A stretch of 34,861 nucleotides of DNA from Candidatus Iainarchaeum sp. (GCA_016931555.1 JAFGEM010000074.1:1-34861), one strand, 5' to 3'; counted from the stretch's first letter, positions 17,377-25,863 are shown. The notes: generated from the sequence alone by a model not told the origin. Numbers and translations are program-made.

Positions 17377-18108
17377 TCAGCTCGCTGTGCAGACATAAGA
17401 GGCTGTCATATAGTGGAGTTTATATTCATTCATTGCAATGGTTGCAAGGCTTCTTGCCTGTATAACATAGTTTTTGCCCCCTGCAATTCCCTTTGCTTTA
17501 AACGTGAAACAATTTCCAGAAGAAATTCCGCTTGTAGTGCTTGCCATTATTCCGCTCTGCCAGGCTTCGCGGGCTTCATTGTACCTTATTAGGAAATTTC
17601 CGCCTGTAAACGCGTAGATTTCTGCGTTGTCGCTTAATGTTTCAATAAGGGTAGCTCCCGGAGTTCCTATGCAAGTTTCCATTTTGGATATTGCCTCTGC
17701 TTTTGTTGCAGCCTCTTGCCCGTCGCAGGCATAGTTTCCGCTCCATCTTGGGGTGAATATGTCCATCCCAGTGCTTCGGTTTGCTGCATCAAATACTTCT
17801 GCACTGTTTGTAGCGCCTGCAAAATCATTTGGAATCTGTGCTTTTGAGTCGGGATCCCATAGCCCGAATTTTCCTCCACACCCCGTTATCAGTATATCGC
17901 ACTTGTTTCCCGGGAGTGCAATTGCAGTTACTGTTGTGTTTGGTTCTCCTGCATTAATTGGAATGTCTCTCATTATTATTGTCCCTGTAATCCTGTTTCC
18001 TGCTTGTGCTTCTCCGAACAAGTTGTTTGCCTGTCCAATAAGCATTGCAGAGCTTAGTATTACAATTCCGAATATTGCTGCTGTCCAGAATTCTTTCGGC
18101 GCATTCAT
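17377..18108 (-). CDS. Secreted Cys-containing protein, paralog 2
   Basis: Same signal peptide (MNAPKEFWTAAIFGIVILSSAMLIGQANNLFGEAQA/GN). 6 Cys, C-terminus SYVCTAS. Only 6 nt separate its stop from the paralog 1 start. Confidence 0.65.
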   Translation of the reverse strand: MNAPKEFWTAAIFGIVILSSAMLIGQANNLFGEAQAGNRITGTIIMRDIPINAGEPNTTVTAIALPGNKCDILITGCGGKFGLWDPDSKAQIPNDFAGATNSAEVFDAANRSTGMDIFTPRWSGNYACDGQEAATKAEAISKMETCIGTPGATLIETLSDNAEIYAFTGGNFLIRYNEAREAWQSGIMASTTSGISSGNCFTFKAKGIAGGKNYVIQARSLATIAMNEYKLHYMTASYVCTAS

Positions 18109-18110
18109 GT
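17975..18110. repeat. Copy 2 of the ~136-bp direct repeat
   Basis: See 17237-17372. Confidence 0.85.
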
Positions 18111-18148
18111 GCTAAAATAAGAGTTTTCTAGTATAAAAATCTTTTTGC

Positions 18149-18802
18149 TCATGGTTTCGGCGGAATTCCATAGCATGTTATTGTCACACTTTTTTCATAA
18201 CCAAATTGGTCATTATATGTTATTACCATTGAGCGTTCTTTTTGAAAATTATTTCCTGCAATGTTTGTGTTATTACAGCCTGGCAGTGAATGATAGCCAA
18301 TAAAAATTCCTTCAATGTGAATTTTTTCCCCGCCTGAGACTTTTAGTGGGTTTGAGGGGTTTATGGTTGTCACGTCAACTCCGTTTACCAGCTTGGGGCC
18401 CCACCACCGTTCAATGGCAAATTCCTCGTTGTAAGTGCAACCCCCTGCCTGCCCAGTTGTTGTGATTAATTCCGGGAGCCGGATGTCTTTGATTAATATG
18501 GGCCCGCCTGTTCCGTTTATGATATTCATTTCCCCCGCTTTATCCGCGCCATACAATGCTGCTCCCCAATACTCGCAGTGTTCTCTTGGGGATCTTGCAG
18601 CGCAGTTTGCGTATTTTGCTGGGCTGTAGGGAAAGTTGTAGCTTTCTAGTGGCATTGTTAGTATGTCGTTTGAGACGCATGTGAATTGGTCTTCGGGCGG
18701 TGCGAATAAAAAGAATAGTACTGCCGCGACAGTGACTATAATTATCAGTCCCCAGCCGTATGTCATTAGGTATTCTAATCCTGATTGCGCGCGCGAATTC
18801 AT
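18149..18802 (-). CDS. Archaeal type IV pilin-like protein (class III signal peptide)
   Basis: MNSRAQSGLEYLMTYGWGLIIIVTVAAVLFF is the classic archaeal prepilin N-terminus (QxxxEYLxxxxW plus a hydrophobic helix). The start is placed at the ATG at 18800-18802. The longer ORF would overlap the upstream gene. Confidence 0.75.
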   Translation of the reverse strand: MNSRAQSGLEYLMTYGWGLIIIVTVAAVLFFLFAPPEDQFTCVSNDILTMPLESYNFPYSPAKYANCAARSPREHCEYWGAALYGADKAGEMNIINGTGGPILIKDIRLPELITTTGQAGGCTYNEEFAIERWWGPKLVNGVDVTTINPSNPLKVSGGEKIHIEGIFIGYHSLPGCNNTNIAGNNFQKERSMVITYNDQFGYEKSVTITCYGIPPKP

Positions 18803-18896
18803 GCAATACAATAGTTTTTTTCTGTATTTAATTATTGCTTTCAGGCTTTTTATTTTGCCGGCAGATAAGTTTAGCTTGGTTTTTGCATTGGCGAAG

Positions 18897-20369
18897 TCAT
18901 TTCTTTTTGTAGTTGTCCTGAATGTGTGCAAACAACTCCTGTTTTTTTTCTTTTGCGAGTTCAATCATTTTGCTTGCAATTTTTCTGTATCCCTTGTCTC
19001 CCTCTCCGCAGGTTCTTAGTTCGCAGAGCACTGTTAATTGCCGTGGAGCCATGCACATTAAAAATCTTTTTCTGCTGCCCTGTGCTGCAACTGTTTTTGC
19101 GAGTTCAGGGTATTTCACTGCAATTTTTTCAATTAAATCAGATGTTTGCTGCATTGCTTCTTTGTAATCTTTTTCTATTGCAGATTCCCGAATTAATTCC
19201 GGAGTGTCAAAACCTGCTTTTCCCCGCATGTTCTGCTGGAACCTTAAATTCATTCTGTTTCTCTTAAAGTCTTTCCAGAGCGCCCATGGCGCTTCTACCT
19301 CAAAAACAATTGGGCGTGTTTCAAATCCTCTCACAGGGTTTTCCCTGTTGCCCCTGTCTCCTGCGGCAATTTCAAATATTCCTTTTCTCTCGTGCGCATT
19401 AAATCCTGAAGCTGTTTCAAAAATTTCTTCAAATGTTTTGTTGCAGTGCGGGTAAAGAATTTGTGTTAATGCAAGCTCCTCAGTCGGCAAATCAAAGAAC
19501 ATTGTAACATTTTCTTTTACTGGTGAGAATTTTCCTTCAAACAATTCTGTTGCCTTTGCTTTCAATGCCTCTTCTCTTTTGATTACATTTTCCATTGGCT
19601 TTATTTCTGCAAAGTATTCGGGGAACAGTTTTGAGGCCTCTTCCAAACACGCTTGCGCATACCCCTGTATGTAATTGTCTTTGTATGTTAATAGCTTGCG
19701 GAAGTGCTCTATTACAGAGCGTGTGTTGCCGCCTAAGATTATTGTTGTGTATGCCGCAATTGGAATCAAAAAGCGCAGTGAATCCAGCACTGAAACTTTT
19801 TCAGGCAAATCCTGTTTGCCTGCTTCTTTGAGCCTCTGCATTAGAATGTCAAATCCGTTTGAGTATAATTCAAAGTTTTTTGCAATAACTTGTTTTGCTT
19901 CTGCTGCAAATTCGCTGTTCATTATTGTCGGGTCCCAATAAACCCTGTCAATTCCGAATTTTGCAGAGTATCTTGTGGATAATTCCATTGTTGTCATTGG
20001 ATAGTAAAAGTCCTGTTGTGCGCCTGTCGCATAAATAGGGTTTTGTTCCGACACAAGGAATATGCTTGCGCCTTCTCCCGCGCTCTTGTGCCCGTATGTG
20101 TAGAAAACATCCTTGTTTTTTTCCGCGCCAAACTCTGTCGCTGGCTTCAAAGCAGCTTCTAAATCGTTTCCATTTTCTATTGCCTTTGCAACAGCCTCCA
20201 TTGCTCCCTTGTCTTTCAGTATTTTCAAAAACCTTTCCCGCAGATCAGGAAACCGACTCACTCCCATGTACACATACGCCTGCAGCGCTGGGGGAATGTT
20301 TTTCAGGGCAAATATTGGCTTGTCAGTGTTTGTAAAAAAATAGTCTAAAATTTGTTTTTCTGCTTCCAT
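18897..20369 (-). CDS. Two-domain ThyX-like protein (FAD-dependent thymidylate synthase fold, divergent motifs)
   Basis: The first half aligns by eye with ThyX: MGVSRF / ARVSF, YGHKS..E / HGHETPFE, MELSTRYSAKF / NELSGRYSKLS, GGNTRSVIEHFRKLL / TVNARSLMNFLNLRA. The second half repeats the pattern: EAPWALWKDFKRNRM / KAPIFVARQWFRHRI, MAPRQLTVLCELR. The function call is tentative. Confidence 0.55.
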   Translation of the reverse strand: MEAEKQILDYFFTNTDKPIFALKNIPPALQAYVYMGVSRFPDLRERFLKILKDKGAMEAVAKAIENGNDLEAALKPATEFGAEKNKDVFYTYGHKSAGEGASIFLVSEQNPIYATGAQQDFYYPMTTMELSTRYSAKFGIDRVYWDPTIMNSEFAAEAKQVIAKNFELYSNGFDILMQRLKEAGKQDLPEKVSVLDSLRFLIPIAAYTTIILGGNTRSVIEHFRKLLTYKDNYIQGYAQACLEEASKLFPEYFAEIKPMENVIKREEALKAKATELFEGKFSPVKENVTMFFDLPTEELALTQILYPHCNKTFEEIFETASGFNAHERKGIFEIAAGDRGNRENPVRGFETRPIVFEVEAPWALWKDFKRNRMNLRFQQNMRGKAGFDTPELIRESAIEKDYKEAMQQTSDLIEKIAVKYPELAKTVAAQGSRKRFLMCMAPRQLTVLCELRTCGEGDKGYRKIASKMIELAKEKKQELFAHIQDNYKKK

Positions 20370-20467
20370 AAAAAAAATTCTGCATGTAATTGTTTAAATT
20401 ATATGCATTCCTAAACTAATTTTTTTTATTTGCTTTTTGCGCTTTTCTTTGGAACAGCAGTAAAAGA

Positions 20468-21100
20468 TTATTTTATTCCCCTGTGCTCTTGAACAAATTC
20501 TTTTATATCACTAATATATTTGCGCGTTAAATTTTCGCTTGGAGGCGCGTATATTGGAACAATTTCTTCAATAGTATAACGCCCTTTTTTGTAATAGTGG
20601 GAGCCGTTTGCAATAAGCTTAAACCATGCCTCAATTCCTTTTTCCCATGAGTCAAATTTTTGGAAACCTGTTTTTGAATTTGGCTTGCGCAAATTCCCGG
20701 GATTCTTGTTTTTTGCTCCAAGCCCCAGTGCTCCGAACTTTGATTCTTTTCGGAAAAATGCGAGTGCAAAAGCAGGGTCAATATTGTATTTGCGTGCGAG
20801 TTCATGGATGTGCTTTCCCTGCTCTTTTAATGGCGTGTTTTGCAGCACAGTGTTTATTTTCACAATGTGCATGCTTGGCTTGCCATGCTGGATTCTCATA
20901 TCGGAATTAGAATAAACTGGTTTCGCGCTTTTTTTCTCCGGGTTTTTTTTCATTTGCTTTTCCCTGCGCGGATAGCGCCTGTCAAGCCATTTTATTCCAT
21001 ATGCCATTGCCCCGACAGCTGTGCCATATCCAATTGCCTTTCCAAGCAGTTTCCTCCGCGTAATCCTGTTCTGCGCCTGCTGCTTTCTTTTCCTTTGCAT
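20468..21100 (-). CDS. TAT-signal protein with a glucosaminidase/lysozyme-like (peptidoglycan hydrolase-like) domain
   Basis: The twin-arginine segment ITRRKLLGKAIGYGTAVGAMAYG. The C-terminal domain IDPAFALAFFRKESKFGALGLGAKNKNPGNLR...FQKFDSWEKGIEAW resembles the FlgJ/glucosaminidase motif (ESxxG ... N-x-G). Confidence 0.5.
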   Translation of the reverse strand: MQRKRKQQAQNRITRRKLLGKAIGYGTAVGAMAYGIKWLDRRYPRREKQMKKNPEKKSAKPVYSNSDMRIQHGKPSMHIVKINTVLQNTPLKEQGKHIHELARKYNIDPAFALAFFRKESKFGALGLGAKNKNPGNLRKPNSKTGFQKFDSWEKGIEAWFKLIANGSHYYKKGRYTIEEIVPIYAPPSENLTRKYISDIKEFVQEHRGIK

Positions 21101-21355
21101 GCATTAATTACTCATTTGCAGGAATTTAAGTGTTTTGGCGTGTTTTTAATTATGGCAAAACACATTAATTTATGGGAATTTTTTGTGTTTTGCAAATAGC
21201 AAATTGCAGTCGAATAGTTCAGACAATATGGCAATTCGCTATAGATTTAAAATCCTTTTCTTATGCAAAATTAGTAACAGAGCCTAGATAATTAATTTTC
21301 TTTAGTTAATTAATTATGGTTTTTTTGTTTAATTTGTTAGATTTGAGGTGATTTT

Positions 21356-23992
21356 TTGAAACAATACGTATACCTGTTTGACGAGGTAAAGAACGCGAAT
21401 TCACAGGAAATGATTTTTAAGCTCGGAAACAAGGGAGCACAATTGGCAGAAATGACTACATCTGGTTTGCCTGTTCCTCCGGGATTTACAATTACTACTG
21501 AGGGCTGCAATGAGTTTTATGCCCTTGGAAAAAAATGGCCTGATGGATTGGAAAAACAGGTCAAGGAAAAACTTGAGGCTCTTGAAAAGAAAATTGGCAA
21601 AACTTTGGGCAATGCGGAAAATCCCCTCCTATTAAGCGTGCGCTCTGGAAGCTATGTTTCAATGCCCGGAATGATGGACACTATTTTGAACCTTGGAATG
21701 AATGACAAGACAGTTGAGGGTTTGGCAAAAAAAACAAACAATAAGAGAATGGCTTTTGATTCTTACAGGCGCTTTTTGACAATGTTTGGCGATGTTGTTT
21801 TGGGTGTAAAGCACTCTGATTTTGAAAAAATTTTGGATGCAGCCAAAGAAAAGAAGGGCGTAAAATTTGACACTGATTTGTCAGCAGAGGATTTGGAGGC
21901 ATTGATTCCCCAGTACAAGGAATTAATAAAAAAATCTATTGGAAAGGATTTTCCGCAGGATGCTTGGGAACAATTAAAACTTGCCATAAATGCTGTTTTT
22001 GACTCTTGGAATACTCCGCGCGCAGTTTCATATAGGAGAATAAACCACTTGAGAAGCGATGCAGGCACTGGTGTTAATGTGCAGGCAATGGTTTTTGGAA
22101 ACATGGGTGAAACCTCAGGAACTGGAGTTTCATTCACAAGAAACCCGGGCACTGGAGAAAAAGAGCATTACGGAGAATTTTTGATTAATGCGCAGGGTGA
22201 AGATGTTGTAGCAGGAATAAGGACACCAAAGCCAATTGATGAAATGAAAAGCATTCTCCCTGATGTGTACAAAGAGCTTTTAAAAATCTATGAGACTCTT
22301 GAAAAACACTATAAGGATTTGCAGGATTTTGAATTCACAATCGAGGAAAAGAAACTTTATCTCCTGCAAACAAGAAGCGGGAAGAGAACTGCGCAGGCAG
22401 CAGTAAAAATTGCTGTTGACATGCAGTCAGAGGGCGTGCTCTCAAAAGAAGAGGCTGTTATGAGAGTAAAGCCTGAACAGCTGGATAAATTATTGCATAA
22501 ACAGCTTGACCCAATTGCAGTAAAGGAAAAAGAGGCAATAACAAAAGGAATTAATGCTTCTCCAGGGGCAGCAGTTGGAAAAGCTGTTTTTGATTCTGAA
22601 ACAGCGCACAAAATGTTTGAGGAAAATCCAAAGGAAAAAATTGTTTTAGTGAGATTAGAAACAAGCCCTGATGACATTGAGGGAATGAATGTTGCACAGG
22701 GAATTTTGACAGCAAGAGGCGGTGCAACTTCGCACGCTGCAGTTGTTGCAAGAGGAATGGGAAAACCCTGCGTTGCAGGAGCCTCAGACATTTCAGTTGA
22801 CGAGGAAAAGCGAGAGTTCAGTGTTGGAGGTCTCACAATCAAGGAGGGGGACTGGATTTCTCTTGATGGCGGCACTGGAGAAGTGTTTGAGGGGCAAGTG
22901 CCCTTGGTAGAACCCTCACTAAAAGGGGATTTTGCAGTTTTAATGGAATGGGCAGACACATTCAGAAAATTAGAGGTTAAAACAAATGCAGACACTCCAA
23001 AGGATGCTGAAACAGCAAAAAAATTTGGCGCCCAGGGAATTGGATTGTGCAGGACAGAGCACATGTTTTTTGAGGGCGCGCGCATTAAGGCAATGCGTGA
23101 AATGATTCTCTCGGAAAAGCTTGAGGAACGTGAAAAAGCTCTTGCAAAATTGCTTCCATTCCAAAAAGAGGATTTTAAGGGGCTTTTCAAGGTAATGACT
23201 GGCCTGCCAGTAGTAATACGCTTGCTGGATCCTCCTTTGCACGAGTTTCTCCCTAAAGAGGATGATGAGATAGAGGAGCTTGCGGGAGAAATGAATATTC
23301 CTGCGGAAAAAATAAAATCAATTATTTCCTCATTGCATGAATTCAATCCAATGCTCGGCTTCAGAGGCTGCAGATTGGGAGTAACATATCCTGAAATAAA
23401 TGCAATGCAGGCAAAGGCAATTTTCCAGGCAGCGTTAGAAGCACAGGCCGAGGGAATAAAGCCTGTTCCTTACATTGAAGTGCCTCTCGTTGGAAACGTA
23501 AGGGAATTCAAAATGATTAAGGAAATAATTGAAAAAGAGGCAGAGGCAAGCGGGGCAAAGGGAAAGGTAAAATATAAGATTGGGACAATGATTGAGGTTC
23601 CAAGGGCATGCATTACTGCGGATGAAATTGCAAAGGAAGCAGAATTCCTGAGCTTTGGGACAAATGATTTAACACAGATGGGCTGCGGCTTTTCAAGGGA
23701 TGATGCGGGAAAATTCTTGAAGCATTACGTGGCAAAGGGAATTTATGAAAGAGATCCCTTCCAGGCAATTGACCAAGAGGGTGTAGGCGGCTTAATGAAA
23801 TTGTGCATTGAAAAAGCCCGCAAAGTAAACCCAAAAATTGAAATTGGAATTTGCGGTGAACACGGAGGCGAAGCAAGCAGCGTGGAATTCTGCCATAAAA
23901 TCGGCTTGAACGATGTTAGCTGCTCTCCCTACAGGGTTCCAATAGCACGCTTGGCAGCAGCACAGGCAGCAATAAAAGAGAAAAACAAATAA
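21356..23992 (+). CDS. ppdK: Pyruvate, phosphate dikinase
   Basis: 878 aa. KQYVYLFDE, GNKGAQLAEMT..GLPVPPGFTITTE, phosphohistidine region GGATSHAAVVARGMGKPCV, and the PEP-utilising C-terminus GLCRTEHMF and SFGTNDLTQ. The TTG start at 21356 is forced by the in-frame TGA at 21344-21346. GAGGTGA lies just upstream. Confidence 0.95.
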   Translation: MKQYVYLFDEVKNANSQEMIFKLGNKGAQLAEMTTSGLPVPPGFTITTEGCNEFYALGKKWPDGLEKQVKEKLEALEKKIGKTLGNAENPLLLSVRSGSYVSMPGMMDTILNLGMNDKTVEGLAKKTNNKRMAFDSYRRFLTMFGDVVLGVKHSDFEKILDAAKEKKGVKFDTDLSAEDLEALIPQYKELIKKSIGKDFPQDAWEQLKLAINAVFDSWNTPRAVSYRRINHLRSDAGTGVNVQAMVFGNMGETSGTGVSFTRNPGTGEKEHYGEFLINAQGEDVVAGIRTPKPIDEMKSILPDVYKELLKIYETLEKHYKDLQDFEFTIEEKKLYLLQTRSGKRTAQAAVKIAVDMQSEGVLSKEEAVMRVKPEQLDKLLHKQLDPIAVKEKEAITKGINASPGAAVGKAVFDSETAHKMFEENPKEKIVLVRLETSPDDIEGMNVAQGILTARGGATSHAAVVARGMGKPCVAGASDISVDEEKREFSVGGLTIKEGDWISLDGGTGEVFEGQVPLVEPSLKGDFAVLMEWADTFRKLEVKTNADTPKDAETAKKFGAQGIGLCRTEHMFFEGARIKAMREMILSEKLEEREKALAKLLPFQKEDFKGLFKVMTGLPVVIRLLDPPLHEFLPKEDDEIEELAGEMNIPAEKIKSIISSLHEFNPMLGFRGCRLGVTYPEINAMQAKAIFQAALEAQAEGIKPVPYIEVPLVGNVREFKMIKEIIEKEAEASGAKGKVKYKIGTMIEVPRACITADEIAKEAEFLSFGTNDLTQMGCGFSRDDAGKFLKHYVAKGIYERDPFQAIDQEGVGGLMKLCIEKARKVNPKIEIGICGEHGGEASSVEFCHKIGLNDVSCSPYRVPIARLAAAQAAIKEKNK

Positions 23993-24009
23993 TTCTCTTT
24001 TCCTTTTTC
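23993..24009. terminator. T-rich convergent intergenic spacer (possible bidirectional oligo-T terminator)
   Basis: ttctcttttcctttttc, continuing into further T-runs. A-runs on the other side give T-runs for the minus-strand gene. Archaeal termination commonly uses oligo-T. Confidence 0.3.
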
Positions 24010-24372
24010 TTATTTTTTCTTTTGTTTTTTAAGTTGTTTCATTGAAGCATGCCTCATTGCAACTGCAGTGTTAATGTTTGCTTGGCCCATTGCTTTTTCA
24101 AAACCCGCCATTCCTCTGTCCATTGGGCCTTTTGCCTCTCTTTTTAATTCTTCAGAATCCCTTACAAGATCTTTCCCGCTTTTGTAAAGTTCTCTACTTC
24201 CTTTTACTAAGTAAGCTCTGTTTTTTGTTCTTTTTCCCGCAGTAGGAATTATGCCTTCTTGATAGTATCCTCTGTCAGCAACAACAGCGCCTCTTTCTGC
24301 AATTCTTCTCGCAACTAAACCCTTTACCGAGAGCGAGTGTTTTGCTTTTCTCGCAAGCCTCTTAACGCCCAT
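24010..24372 (-). CDS. Hypothetical basic protein
   Basis: 120 aa. ATG with GGTGA 4 nt upstream. C-terminal KKQKKK tail. No recognised family. Confidence 0.55.
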   Translation of the reverse strand: MGVKRLARKAKHSLSVKGLVARRIAERGAVVADRGYYQEGIIPTAGKRTKNRAYLVKGSRELYKSGKDLVRDSEELKREAKGPMDRGMAGFEKAMGQANINTAVAMRHASMKQLKKQKKK

Positions 24373-24432
24373 AAAATCACCAATATTAAAACAATCTTAC
24401 AATATTAATTACTTTCGCCAAATATTTTTCTT

Positions 24433-25071
24433 ATGGCAAAGCGCATTTGGAAAAAGCCAAGCTCCAAAGCAGGCAAAAGAGCAATTCGCAGGTCTTTGTC
24501 TCGGCAGTTAACAGCACATTCGAGAATAGTTGGAACTTTTGATTCAAAAAAGGTTGTTTCCAATTATTTTCGAAATAAAACCCCTAAACAGCGTGCAGCA
24601 GTTGCAGAATTGTATTCCAAAGGTTATCCTGCGCATTGGAAAAAAGCGGATAATGCTGTTCACGAGAGAGTAACGCTGCTGGCGGAGGCAACAACCCATA
24701 GAAAAAAATCCTTTCTCGGCCATTTAACTAACATTGTTGGAAACGATTATTTAACAACAAGCCAAAGAATTCGGGAACTAAAAAATATTCGCTTTCTTTT
24801 AAGCGATTTTATTGCTTCCGCTGAAAAGCTGAGGAAAGCACAGTGGGATTATTCAAAAAAACTTGCAAAGAACAAGAGGGAAGAGTATTTTGAAGAGTTT
24901 CCCTTGCCAAAAAACCGCGAGTTAAATATTCTTCGGGATTTCTTAAAAGAAATCGACCAAACAAGCAAAAGAGTTGAAAAAGCGGGTTTTATTGATTCTG
25001 TTGAATTCGATAAAATAGTAGAAAGGCTAATGGCAAAACTGGTTTTTCTCGAAGAACAACGCCCCAAATAG
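24433..25071 (+). CDS. Hypothetical protein with a basic N-terminus
   Basis: 212-aa ORF with an ATG start and helical, charged composition. No recognised family. Confidence 0.55.
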   Translation: MAKRIWKKPSSKAGKRAIRRSLSRQLTAHSRIVGTFDSKKVVSNYFRNKTPKQRAAVAELYSKGYPAHWKKADNAVHERVTLLAEATTHRKKSFLGHLTNIVGNDYLTTSQRIRELKNIRFLLSDFIASAEKLRKAQWDYSKKLAKNKREEYFEEFPLPKNRELNILRDFLKEIDQTSKRVEKAGFIDSVEFDKIVERLMAKLVFLEEQRPK

Positions 25072-25135
25072 TTTTCTCTTTCTTTCCCTTTTCTAATCAA
25101 AAGCTTTTTATTAACAAAAATCCTATTTTTTGTGC

Positions 25136-25723
25136 ATGAAAAAGCGCATTTTACTGGCATTATTAATTGCTTCTATTGTTTTGTTCAGCGGCTGCCCAGA
25201 ACCTCCGCTTCCAGAGTTAGAGTGCCAAGTCAGCAATTGCCATGGCCCAGTGGAATGTGATATGCTTCCCAGTGATAACACTATGGCGTGCACTCTTGTT
25301 ATAATGATGGGAGACGAGTGTCGTTCTTTAGCAAGTTGCGAACTAGTTAATGATGTTTGCACTGTTGTTCACGAGCAGGATTATTTGGATTGCCTTGATG
25401 CAGCACTTTGCAAGGGCGAGGGAGAATCAATTCCTGTTATTGCAAATCCCCCCGAATGCTGCCCGGGTTTAACTTTGATTCCTCCAAAGGAAGAGGGTAT
25501 TTTAGGAAGTGCGGGAATATGCACTTCTTTATGTGGAAATGGAAACTGCGATATTGAAACTGAAAGCAGTTACAATTGCCCGGAGGATTGCCGGTTTGAA
25601 TGTGACAAATACCATTACTCTACTTGCCCTTCGGAATGTATCAAGACATGCATTCCAAGTGCCTGTGATGGTTCTACATGCACTGCGGATTGTGATGGTC
25701 CAGGAAGCTGTGCTTATCCTTAG
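25136..25723 (+). CDS. Cysteine-rich secreted lipoprotein
   Basis: MKKRILLALLIASIVLFSGC is a signal peptide plus lipobox. The mature part has about 25 Cys, including a CGNGNCDIETESSYNCPEDC module. The start is placed at the ATG at 25136. Confidence 0.7.
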   Translation: MKKRILLALLIASIVLFSGCPEPPLPELECQVSNCHGPVECDMLPSDNTMACTLVIMMGDECRSLASCELVNDVCTVVHEQDYLDCLDAALCKGEGESIPVIANPPECCPGLTLIPPKEEGILGSAGICTSLCGNGNCDIETESSYNCPEDCRFECDKYHYSTCPSECIKTCIPSACDGSTCTADCDGPGSCAYP

Positions 25724-25769
25724 GCAGTATAAAATAAAAATTAATTAGAGTTGTGTTAGGGCAGAGAAG

Positions 25770-25852
25770 CTATCCCTCGTTCTTCCCGCATTTTTCCGCG
25801 TAATCGCAGAACCTGTGCATTCCTTGTTGTTCTCATTTTTCTGCCTCGGCAA
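25770..25852 (-). pseudogene. Degenerate duplicate of the 3' end of the Cas4-like gene
   Basis: The minus strand reads ...MHRFCDYAEKCGKNEG-stop, against ...WLCRFCDYAEKCEKNEA-stop in the intact gene at 26538. The stop codon sits at the same aligned position. About 40 of the first 45 nt are identical, then similarity decays with indels. An in-frame TGA lies at 25833-25835. Confidence 0.6.
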
Positions 25853-25863
25853 TATTATTTAAA

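Noticed and set aside
16792-18108. The two secreted paralogs as additional class III (prepilin) substrates
   Set aside because: Their N-termini (MNAPKE plus a hydrophobic stretch, then AQA/G) lack the basic-Gly/Ala cleavage context and the QxSxEY motif present in the adjacent pilin. They fit a Sec signal or signal anchor better.
22357-23346. 329-aa ORF antisense to ppdK
   Set aside because: It lies entirely inside a confidently identified, full-length PPDK gene. Its product is Ser/Phe/Ile-rich and low in complexity, typical of a shadow frame.
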